Source: Edaphocola sp.
GTDB lineage: Bacteria; Bacteroidota; Bacteroidia; Chitinophagales; Chitinophagaceae
Assembly (NCBI GenBank): GCA_035444785.1
Contig: DAOMPL010000005.1
Location: forward strand, 34,289 to 98,288
Length of the DNA: 64,000 bases
Direction: 5' to 3'
The notes below the pieces were generated by a model. The model did no database searches. It saw only the letters and a program-made list of their open reading frames with translations, and was not told the origin of the DNA. How positions within the stretch are numbered: the stretch's first letter is position 1; each line of letters opens with the position of its first letter. This document shows, in pieces, positions 56,069 through 64,000 of the stretch. The position numbers and the translations under genes are program-made.

Positions 56069-56845
56069 ATGGCTTTTGTTCCAAGTATATTGATAGTAAA
56101 TGATGATGGCATAACGGCTCCGGGCATTGCAAATTTAATAGAAGCTGTACATGATTTAGGAAAAATCACTGTGGTGGCTCCCGACAGTCCTCAGTCTGGA
56201 ATGGGACATGCTGTTACCATAGGCAATACGCTGCGTTTGGAAAAGGTGGATATTTTCAAAGAATATGATATTGAAGCTTATCAATGCAGTGGCACTCCTG
56301 TAGATTGCGTTAAGATAGCCCAAGATGTGGTTTTGGAGCACAAACCTGATATTTGTCTAAGTGGTATCAATCATGGCTCCAATGCATCTATTAATGTAAT
56401 ATATTCGGGTACAATGTCTGCTGCTATGGAGGCCGCTATCAATGACATTCCTGCAGCCGGATTTTCTTTAATGGATTTCAAATGGGAAGCCGATTTTTCT
56501 TTAGCTAAAAAAGTGGCAAGAGCGATAACCCAAAATATGCTAAGGCAAAGGCTTCCGGAAAATTTCCTTTTAAACGTAAATATTCCAAGAGTAATTAAAG
56601 AAGAATTTAAAGGCATAAAAATTGCAAGACAAGCCATGGCTCAATGGCAAGAAAGATTCGAGAAACGCAAAGATCCTCATGGTAAGGATTATTATTGGAT
56701 GGCAGGTAAATTTGTAAATTTTGACAAAGGTGGCGATACCGACTTAGAACTCTTAAAACAAGGCTACGCTTCTGTTGTACCGGTAAAATTTGACCTCACA
56801 GATAAAGAAATGGGAAATTGGCTCAAAGGAAATTGGGATTTGTAA
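56069..56845 (+). CDS. surE: 5'/3'-nucleotidase SurE
   Basis: 258 aa. ILIVNDDGITAPGI...SGINHGSNAS...YSGTMSAAMEA. Confidence 0.9.
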   Translation: MAFVPSILIVNDDGITAPGIANLIEAVHDLGKITVVAPDSPQSGMGHAVTIGNTLRLEKVDIFKEYDIEAYQCSGTPVDCVKIAQDVVLEHKPDICLSGINHGSNASINVIYSGTMSAAMEAAINDIPAAGFSLMDFKWEADFSLAKKVARAITQNMLRQRLPENFLLNVNIPRVIKEEFKGIKIARQAMAQWQERFEKRKDPHGKDYYWMAGKFVNFDKGGDTDLELLKQGYASVVPVKFDLTDKEMGNWLKGNWDL

Positions 56846-57015
56846 AATCAAAGAGAATTTTTCATAGAGGAGTATTAGAAAAATTATATTTTGATATATT
56901 ATTTATTGTATAATAACTTCTTAGTTTCAGGATTTTTCCTTACTTTTGAATTAAACTTAGAATTTCCATCTGAAATTTTATTAATTACATTGAGGGACTT
57001 TTTAAATTCTAAATT

Positions 57016-58068
57016 ATGATTGAAGCATATTCAAAATTCACAAAAGGAATCTTAATCACTACTGCTTTTTTAATTAGAGGAGGATTTTGTTATTCACAAA
57101 CTACAACTTGTCAATTGAATACGCCAAACTTAGGTATCGATACCACAATTTGTTCCAATGCTCCTATTACTTTAGATGCTGGCAGTCAGCCTTATGGTTC
57201 TACCTATACTTGGAGTAATGGGGATACTACTCAAACTATTACTGTACATACTTCAGGAACTTATTCGGTGTTGGTGGAGGACACAAGTGGAACTTGTACA
57301 AAGGCAGATACCATCATCATTACTGTAAACCCGTCTCCAACTGCTAATCTGGGTGGTGATACCACACTTTGTAATGGTGGCCCCTTTATTGCTACTGCAG
57401 GAAATACCCCCTCCTCCTCTTCTTACCTATGGACTCCTGGAGGAGAGACCACAAATGTAAAAAATATTTACAACAGTGGAACATATAGCGTTAAAGTAAC
57501 CAACAGTATAGGGTGTTCTGCTACTGACACCATAAATGTTGTTATAGCCGAAAGCCCAACTGTTTCCGGCATTATTACAACCGGCAGCTTCCCTAATTTC
57601 TATTTTTCTCCTAACTACTCCTTAAATGCAAGCCACTATTTCTGGGATTTCGGCGATGGTAATACAGATACCGCTCAAAACACATTCCATACTTATGCTA
57701 TTTCAGGATCTTGGAAAGCTTATACTGTATGTTTAACCGTTTCAAATAATGATTGCGGAGAAGATGATATCTGCACTATTGTTACAACCGATGCTAATTC
57801 TAATTCCACTGGTATTAAAAATTTGAATATAGAGGAATTAAAATTATTTCCAAACCCTGCTACTCAATCCATTACCATCGAAAATCACAGCAGTTATAAG
57901 ATAAAAAACATCACCATCAACAATTTCTTAGGTCAACAAGTTATGAAAATTGCTATTAAGTCTAACAAACAAATGATAGATATTTCCAACTTAATCTCAG
58001 GCTTATATCAAGTTACTATCGAATTTGAAGAAGGAACAGTGAACAGAAAACTGGAAGTGATTAAATAA
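57016..58068 (+). CDS. T9SS-sorted secreted protein with two internal repeats and a PKD-like domain
   Basis: Two ~75-aa repeats (LG.DTT.C...Y.WS/TP.G.TT..I...SGTYSV.V....GC...DTI...V), then HYFWDFGDGNTD (PKD-like), then the C-terminal LFPNPATQSITIEN...GLYQVTIEF...LEVIK CTD. Confidence 0.7.
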   Translation: MIEAYSKFTKGILITTAFLIRGGFCYSQTTTCQLNTPNLGIDTTICSNAPITLDAGSQPYGSTYTWSNGDTTQTITVHTSGTYSVLVEDTSGTCTKADTIIITVNPSPTANLGGDTTLCNGGPFIATAGNTPSSSSYLWTPGGETTNVKNIYNSGTYSVKVTNSIGCSATDTINVVIAESPTVSGIITTGSFPNFYFSPNYSLNASHYFWDFGDGNTDTAQNTFHTYAISGSWKAYTVCLTVSNNDCGEDDICTIVTTDANSNSTGIKNLNIEELKLFPNPATQSITIENHSSYKIKNITINNFLGQQVMKIAIKSNKQMIDISNLISGLYQVTIEFEEGTVNRKLEVIK

Positions 58069-58176
58069 TTTCTCAGTCATTAACAAAGATTCAAAATTAA
58101 TAGAGCTTTGCTGTTTTTATTGCTCTATCAAAAAACAAATCACTCTTATAGTTTTCCAAACAATACTCTTTTTACC

Positions 58177-60216
58177 TTATCTTTTTTTACCCTTTTTAGG
58201 TAAAGTTGAACCTTTTCCTTTACCGGTATTCGTTTCAGTTGGCAATGCCCCCAATATTTTTTTCTTTTGAAATTCAGTAGCTCCTTCTAAAAACGCCTCC
58301 AATGTTTTAGGCCGCTCGGCTTCTCTCCAGTTGAATCTAGAGAGTTTAAACTGCTCTGGATTGACCTCTTTTATTGGTGTCAATTTCTGGTTGAAATCTT
58401 TTAAATAGGTAATTTTCTTTATCTTCCTATCTATAAACTTCATTCTCAACTGAGCACTACTCGCTTTTGAAACACCCAAATAAGCACTGTCATCATCCAT
58501 AGAATAATATATTGTTTCAGCTTCCGGAAAGGCTAATACAGAGTCTATTTCACTATCTTTAAAGTAGGCATGTAAACGGCCTGCCTGAACCTGGTCAAAC
58601 ATTTTTGCGTTTTCAGGTCCGTTTTTTTGGATCAATATAGAATTTTGAGGAACATAAACCTCATGGATTTTATTACTGTCTAATAGGGCATAAATAGTAT
58701 CTCCCAGCACTTGAGCTCCTTTTGCCCAAACTACAGGATTATAAGACATTATTAACAAGGAATCAGCCTGTGAATACCGCATACTGTCACACTTAGCCTG
58801 AGCCGAATCACTAAATATCTGCACATGGTGATATAAAAGGAAATACCTTTTCTTATGTCCCTTACTATCTTCTAAAATCTCTGGTTCCTCTATAGGGGCA
58901 GCAATACTATCTATAGTATCCAAATCAGCAATACTAAGCGGTTCTAAAGAAAGGCTATCACTTTCCACCACCGATTCTTTTTCATTTGATTTTAATTTAA
59001 TAATATTTTTTTGAGAAATCTCTTCCTCATCTTTTTGTGCTTTTAAGGCTTCTCTTTTCTTCTTAGTAATAGCCTTGTTTTCTAAAGGAGATAATATTTC
59101 CTTATCATGCTCCATCTTTAAAGAATCTTCTTGTAAAGGAATATGGGTACTGTCCACCAAAACCCCTTTGGAAAGGGCTTCTACTAATTCGTCCATCCTT
59201 AATTTGGAAGTATCCACAGGACCAAAATCCTTCACTTTTAGATTTGCCAATGGCTCTGAAAACACGGTATCTCCTTTAAAATAAATGGTATCCTTTTCCC
59301 CTCCTCTTCTTAAGATTGGCTTATCCGTTACCATCATCTTTTCATTTTGCTCATTATACAAAAGGAATCCACCATAAACTGTGGATTTCTCTGCTGTATC
59401 CACCGCTACAACATTCCCTTTTGCATAAGCCCAGCCGGTTTTCTTATTATACTTCATCTCATCACCCTCTATAAACTGAGATTCATGGATGATATTGGAA
59501 CGCCCCTTAAATATTGCCTCTTGCTTGATAGCATTATAAACACTTCCAGGTTTTGCAAAAAGTGTAGTATTTTCATTTTGAATAATAGCATCCGCAAAAA
59601 AATGTACAATCTCGGTTTGTGTATTATAACTTAAATCTTCAGAGGTTACATTATATTCCGGATCATTTACCACAACATCTCCTTTAAAGCGGGCATCTTT
59701 AGTCTTTAAATGATATTCACCGTATTTACTAGAAATTACTGTTGCTTCGTTTTGTAAGGTTCCTTCTTTGAAATACTTACCCACTTTGGTGTTTAAGTTG
59801 TATTCCACCTCTTCTGACCATAAAGTTTTACCCTGAGGATCAGAAAGAATCACATCCCCCTTCATGTAGATATCTTTATTACTTCCGGAATATCTCAAAT
59901 ACTCTGCTAAAGCATTAGTCCCATCTGCCTGCTCAATAGATACATTTCCAAATGCCTCTGCCATCTTACTTTCTTGATATAGAATAGCACTATCACAATT
60001 CAATAAATCTGTGCCATGCCTCAACTTTACATTTCCAACAATTTTTGTAATAGTTTCATTGGCTGTTTTTATAATATCGGTATAGTCTGACGAAAGTATT
60101 TCGATAAAAGCAGTCTTCCCAGAAGCAGACTTTTGCACAGTACTGTCTCCCAAAGGCAATTTTTGTTGACCGGAAACGAATGAAATCTCTGCTAGCCCAA
60201 AAAACAGGACCAGCAA
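58177..60216 (-). CDS. OstA/LptA-like domain protein (large periplasmic/outer-membrane associated)
   Basis: 679 aa with repeated OstA-like beta-jellyroll segments (GNVKLRHGTDLLNCDSAILYQ, FKGDVVVNDPEYNVTSEDL). K-rich tail. The start is a TTG and uncertain. Confidence 0.55.
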   Translation of the reverse strand: MLVLFFGLAEISFVSGQQKLPLGDSTVQKSASGKTAFIEILSSDYTDIIKTANETITKIVGNVKLRHGTDLLNCDSAILYQESKMAEAFGNVSIEQADGTNALAEYLRYSGSNKDIYMKGDVILSDPQGKTLWSEEVEYNLNTKVGKYFKEGTLQNEATVISSKYGEYHLKTKDARFKGDVVVNDPEYNVTSEDLSYNTQTEIVHFFADAIIQNENTTLFAKPGSVYNAIKQEAIFKGRSNIIHESQFIEGDEMKYNKKTGWAYAKGNVVAVDTAEKSTVYGGFLLYNEQNEKMMVTDKPILRRGGEKDTIYFKGDTVFSEPLANLKVKDFGPVDTSKLRMDELVEALSKGVLVDSTHIPLQEDSLKMEHDKEILSPLENKAITKKKREALKAQKDEEEISQKNIIKLKSNEKESVVESDSLSLEPLSIADLDTIDSIAAPIEEPEILEDSKGHKKRYFLLYHHVQIFSDSAQAKCDSMRYSQADSLLIMSYNPVVWAKGAQVLGDTIYALLDSNKIHEVYVPQNSILIQKNGPENAKMFDQVQAGRLHAYFKDSEIDSVLAFPEAETIYYSMDDDSAYLGVSKASSAQLRMKFIDRKIKKITYLKDFNQKLTPIKEVNPEQFKLSRFNWREAERPKTLEAFLEGATEFQKKKILGALPTETNTGKGKGSTLPKKGKKR

Positions 60217-60311
60217 CAGTAATTTTTTTATGATAAATTTTTTAAAAATAAAAATACTATTTACAAATCTATTAAAAAGCTGCCGGCATCAGTTTACCGG
60301 CAGCATCATGT

Positions 60312-61472
60312 TTAGCCAATAGCAGCCTCTAAATCCGCAATTAAATCTTCGGCATCCTCTATACCTATGCTTAAACGAATCAATCCATCGTTAAGGCCAT
60401 TTTTTATTCTTTCTTCTCTCGGAATAGAAGCATGTGTCATAGTAGCCGGATGGTTAATTAAAGACTCTACCCCACCAAGGCTTTCTGCCAATGCTATTAA
60501 TTGGGTAGAAGACAAAACCCTTCTCACATTTGCTTCACTATCATCTTTTAATTCAAAACTAATCATACCTCCAAAATCACGCATTTGTTTTTTTGCAATT
60601 TCATGTCCGGGATGGTCTTCAAATCCTGCCCAATACACTTTTGCCACTTTGGGATTATTTTTTAAAGCATGTGCCACTTTAGCCCCATTTTGGCAATGTC
60701 GTTCCAATCGTACGTGTAAAGTCTTTATCCCTCTCAACACCAAAAAACAATCTTGAGGACCCGGAACAGCACCGGCACTCTTTTGAATAAAAAATAAATC
60801 GTCTCTTAATTGAGCATCATTCACAATCAATGCTCCCATCACCACATCACTATGCCCCCCCAAATACTTGGTGGCAGAGTGCATTACAATGTCCGCTCCT
60901 AAATCTAAAGGGTTTTGAAGATAAGGAGAAGCAAAAGTATTATCCACACATAATAGGATATTATTTTTTTTGCTAATTGCAGCCACTGCTGCTATGTCAG
61001 TGATATTAATTAAAGGATTGGTAGGCGTTTCTGTCCATATTAATTTAGTCTGCGGACTAATTGAAGCTTCAATATTGGCAACAGATTTCATGTCCACATA
61101 TTTGAATTTCAATCCAAATTTCACATATAACTTCTCAAACAAACGATAAGTGCCTCCATACATATCATTGGCAGCAATTACCTCATCACCAGGTTTTAGT
61201 AATCTTAATACAGCATCTGTAGCCGCTACACCACTACTAAAGGCCAATCCAAATTTACCATGTTCTATTATTGCCAAAGCCTCTTCCAGAGCTTGCCTTG
61301 TAGGGTTTCCTGCTCTTGAATAATCAAAGCCTTTATGCTCTCCAGGGCCCTCTTGGACATATGTTGAAGTTTGAAAAATCGGAGTCATAATCGCTCCCGT
61401 ACTAGGATCAGGACGCACTCCGGCATGAATCATAGTAGTACCTATGCCATATTTTTTATTGTCAATACTCAT
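60312..61472 (-). CDS. PLP-dependent trans-sulfuration enzyme (cystathionine gamma-lyase/synthase or methionine gamma-lyase family)
   Basis: Start at MSIDNKKYG (ATG 61472). PLP-lysine motif HSATKYLGGHSD. Cys/Met metabolism family throughout. Confidence 0.85.
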   Translation of the reverse strand: MSIDNKKYGIGTTMIHAGVRPDPSTGAIMTPIFQTSTYVQEGPGEHKGFDYSRAGNPTRQALEEALAIIEHGKFGLAFSSGVAATDAVLRLLKPGDEVIAANDMYGGTYRLFEKLYVKFGLKFKYVDMKSVANIEASISPQTKLIWTETPTNPLINITDIAAVAAISKKNNILLCVDNTFASPYLQNPLDLGADIVMHSATKYLGGHSDVVMGALIVNDAQLRDDLFFIQKSAGAVPGPQDCFLVLRGIKTLHVRLERHCQNGAKVAHALKNNPKVAKVYWAGFEDHPGHEIAKKQMRDFGGMISFELKDDSEANVRRVLSSTQLIALAESLGGVESLINHPATMTHASIPREERIKNGLNDGLIRLSIGIEDAEDLIADLEAAIG

Positions 61473-61499
61473 AAAATAAAAATTGTTTGAAAAGATTGC

Positions 61500-61507
61500 C
61501 AAAATTA
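61500..61507 (-). promoter_or_regulatory. -7 box TAATTTTG upstream of the trans-sulfuration gene
   Basis: Plus strand CAAAATTA overlaps the track start at 61502, supporting ATG 61472. Confidence 0.4.
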
Positions 61508-61578
61508 AATCAAATGTTTAGCAACAGAAAACTTTAATCTTTAATTATTCTTTAAAGGAAGAAAGATAACCTTGCTTA

Positions 61579-62160
61579 TTACTTTGTTAGATTTTCTTTG
61601 AATATTTTTATAGCAATAGCAATTAAAATTACTCCAAAAAACTTACGAATAACTAAAATCCCTCCTGGCCCTAAAAGCCTTTCTATCACATCCAATAAGC
61701 GGATTCCTAAATAAATAATGATAAGATTGATAACAATACCGGTTAAAACACTATAATAGCTATAAGAAGCTTTTAAAGACAAAATAGTAGTCAATGTTCC
61801 AGAACCGGCAATCATTGGGAAAGCAATTGGGACAATACTTCCAGTCTTGGCATTGCCACCATCAGGCTTAAATAATTCTATACCTAAAATCATCTCCATA
61901 CCCAAAATAAAGATAATAATAGATCCTGCAAGTGCAAATGAAGAGATATCCAAACCCATGAATGCAAGAATATCTCCACCAGCCATAAAAAACACCACCA
62001 TCAATGCTCCTGAAACCACTGTTGCCGTCCAAGCAGAAATGCCACCCATCTTTTGTTTCATGCTAATCAATAATGGGATGGACCCTAAAATATCAATCAC
62101 CGCAAATAAAGTCAAAGAAACCGTTACGATTTCTTTAAAATCGAAGTTTTCCATTTTCAA
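61579..62160 (-). CDS. marC: MarC family (UPF0056) membrane protein
   Basis: 193 aa with 6 TM segments. IVPIAFPMIAGSGTLTT is typical of the MarC family. Confidence 0.8.
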   Translation of the reverse strand: MKMENFDFKEIVTVSLTLFAVIDILGSIPLLISMKQKMGGISAWTATVVSGALMVVFFMAGGDILAFMGLDISSFALAGSIIIFILGMEMILGIELFKPDGGNAKTGSIVPIAFPMIAGSGTLTTILSLKASYSYYSVLTGIVINLIIIYLGIRLLDVIERLLGPGGILVIRKFFGVILIAIAIKIFKENLTK

Positions 62161-62163
62161 TTA

Positions 62164-62952
62164 TTATTTAATTTCTGTTTTTAATAAGCGATTTTTATAC
62201 AAAGAATACATAAAAATATTGTCTATCTTGGCATCAATAAAATCCAAACCTTTTGGCAATTTCAGCTTCTGAGTTTTTCCATTTTTAAAATTCCTCAAAT
62301 AGAATCCCCCTCTTTCTTTATAGAAAAGCAGGTCTCGATACACTTGAACATTTTCCATATCCTCAATTAAGATACTGTTAAGAAAATTAGCATATCTATC
62401 AAACACAAAAATACCTTTCTTCTGGTCAGCAATATATACCTTAGACCTATCCTCCACCATATATTTGGGGTATATAGTTTCCAATGTTAACGAACGGATA
62501 TCCTCACTTTGAAAAAAAACTTTCCCTTGTTCATCTATTTTGAAAAGCTGTTGTTTATCTTCATCAAAAAGCCAAACATTGCCATCCTGAGCCGTAGCAA
62601 CAGCTCCTATATTGTTATAACCTAAAGATAATAACTGTATGGTCCCTTTTACACTCAGCATCTTATCTAAAAAAACAATCTTAGAAAAATCAGGATAAAA
62701 ACATAATAACTTTAACGGGTTTTTTGCATCAATAAACTTTAAATCACCATCCTGAATATTTTGATAAGCTCCCAAGCTATCACCATTTGAATTATACATA
62801 AATACACTATTATCCTTCTGGATAACGTAAATATTTGACAGCTCATCTAAATAAAAAGCCTTGGGATTTTTTAAATCCAAAACATCATTTAAAAACTGTG
62901 CATTTGTTTGAAAACCAAAACAAAAAATCAATAATAGTAATATTCTTAGCAT
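62164..62952 (-). CDS. Hypothetical secreted protein (beta-propeller-like repeats?)
   Basis: 262 aa with signal peptide ...FQTNAQ. Repetitive beta-strand pattern. No family recognised. Confidence 0.5.
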   Translation of the reverse strand: MLRILLLLIFCFGFQTNAQFLNDVLDLKNPKAFYLDELSNIYVIQKDNSVFMYNSNGDSLGAYQNIQDGDLKFIDAKNPLKLLCFYPDFSKIVFLDKMLSVKGTIQLLSLGYNNIGAVATAQDGNVWLFDEDKQQLFKIDEQGKVFFQSEDIRSLTLETIYPKYMVEDRSKVYIADQKKGIFVFDRYANFLNSILIEDMENVQVYRDLLFYKERGGFYLRNFKNGKTQKLKLPKGLDFIDAKIDNIFMYSLYKNRLLKTEIK

Positions 62953-63116
62953 AAGATTTACACAAAAGTAATTTATAATACAATGATAAATTAAATAAAT
63001 TCATTAAAAAAAGTATTAAATCCAATAAATAATAGAATTTATTTTTGGAATAATAAATCGAAAATAATATTTTTGAAATAAAAACTGTTAAAATAAACTC
63101 CTATTTCTTTTTGTGA

Positions 63117-63146
63117 GCCACAAATTCACCAATAAGCACGAATATT
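63117..63146. repeat. Left arm of the 30-nt inverted repeat flanking the GxxExxY gene
   Basis: GCCACAAATTCACCAATAAGCACGAATATT pairs with the reverse complement of 63574-63603 at 24/30 positions. Confidence 0.6.
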
Positions 63147-63193
63147 TTCAAAAAAGGTTTCTTCAAAAAGTTTATCCATAAAAAGGCATTCCA

Positions 63194-63571
63194 ATGGACA
63201 CAAATTTAATCTATAAAGAAGAATCATATCAAATTATAGGTAAGTGTATGGAAGTACACAATAAACTAGGGCATGGTTTTTTAGAAGTAGTATATAAAGA
63301 TGCCTTAGAAATCGTTTTTAATCAAGATAAAATATTTTATGAACGTGACAAAGAATATGATGTTTATTTTAGAAATATTCTATTACCTCATAAATTTTAT
63401 GCTGATTTTGTTGTACTAGATAAAATAATTCTGGAAGTCAAATGTGTTGCCATGGTTACAGATGAACATATTGCAAAAACAATAAACTTCCTAAAAGTAT
63501 CAGGAAACAGATTAGGGCTTCTTGTTAATTTTGCAAGGGGAAAATTAGAATATAAAAGATTAGTATATTAG
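63194..63571 (+). CDS. GxxExxY protein (PD-(D/E)XK nuclease-fold family)
   Basis: 125 aa. LGHGFLEVVYKDAL (GxxExxY), DFVVLDKIILEVKC (D...ExK) and GLLVNF. Confidence 0.85.
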   Translation: MDTNLIYKEESYQIIGKCMEVHNKLGHGFLEVVYKDALEIVFNQDKIFYERDKEYDVYFRNILLPHKFYADFVVLDKIILEVKCVAMVTDEHIAKTINFLKVSGNRLGLLVNFARGKLEYKRLVY

Positions 63572-63573
63572 TT

Positions 63574-63603
63574 ATTATTCGTGAGAATTAGTGTATTTGT
63601 GGC
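63574..63603. repeat. Right arm of the 30-nt inverted repeat flanking the GxxExxY gene
   Basis: ATTATTCGTGAGAATTAGTGTATTTGTGGC starts 3 nt after the stop codon. Confidence 0.6.
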
Positions 63604-63656
63604 AAATAAAAACAAAAATTATCAATCCAAAAATTACAATTCAAAATAAAAAATAA

Positions 63657-64000
63657 ATGTTCAATAAAATAAAAAAAAGCCTTTTCCTTTTTTTATCATT
63701 TCAATTAGGGTTCAACTTTTTGACAATAGCACAACATAAGCCCCAAAAGGCATCCGCTATTTCTAAACAAAAAATAGAACCCAAAACAGAAAGCCAATCA
63801 GAAGACCTCAATAAATACGACAAGCAACATCAAAAGCAGGGAATGTGGTTTTATAGTTATGATTCCAAATTTGGAGATCCGGGATATTATGAATTTGGAA
63901 GCTACAAAGACAACTTAAAGACCGGGCTTTGGTATAAATTATCAAAAGAGCAACAAATAATTTCTATTGAAACTTACAAATACAATGTCTTAGACGGCAT
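63657..64000 (+). CDS. Secreted MORN-variant/YwqK-like repeat protein, 3' end cut by the window edge
   Basis: Absent from the ORF track. The ATG at 63657 opens a frame with no stop to 64000: MFNKIKKSLFLFLSFQLGFNFLTIAQ (signal peptide) ...KQGMWFYSYDS...GSYKDNLKTGLWYKL (MORN/YwqK-like). Confidence 0.5.
   Translation, partial: MFNKIKKSLFLFLSFQLGFNFLTIAQHKPQKASAISKQKIEPKTESQSEDLNKYDKQHQKQGMWFYSYDSKFGDPGYYEFGSYKDNLKTGLWYKLSKEQQIISIETYKYNVLDG

Overview
64-kb chromosomal segment from a low-GC member of Bacteroidota. The phylum call rests on T9SS C-terminal sorting domains on at least four secreted proteins, a type III glutamine synthetase, many lipoproteins, and TAnnTTTG -7 promoter boxes in front of most operons. 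I count about 60 protein genes plus one tRNA-His. Most are housekeeping: ychF, hppA, hpt, gcvH, proline dehydrogenase, ndh, rsmE, rnz, recO, dprA, radC, sucC, glnN, tsf, galE, a PpiD-like chaperone, ogt, surE and a trans-sulfuration enzyme. I saw no rRNA, CRISPR array, transposase or integrase. Two accessory, partly decayed patches stand out. (i) 27.8-31.1 kb holds a tight arsR-arsM-merC::GDCCVxC-(arsC relic)-GNAT cluster with no efflux pump. Its three intact core proteins all end in a vicinal Cys-Cys encoded by the same TGTTGTTAA. (ii) 45.7-48.5 kb holds two tandem lipoprotein paralogs with a homogenised 5' block, a G-rich heptad minisatellite, and a third lipoprotein gene next to a C10 (streptopain-like) peptidase relic. 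The last three (minisatellite, third lipoprotein gene, C10 relic) are bracketed by a duplicated copy of the 3' end of the neighbouring DCC-family gene. Other notable items are a beta-carbonic anhydrase split by a frameshift in an A6 run, a dispersed ~33-nt repeat (3 copies), a GxxExxY gene flanked by 30-nt inverted repeats, a PNPOx-like::UbiA/MenA-like fusion, an uncharacterised 600-aa enzyme-like protein and an EGF-signature lipoprotein. All functional calls come from motif recognition by eye. No database search was run.
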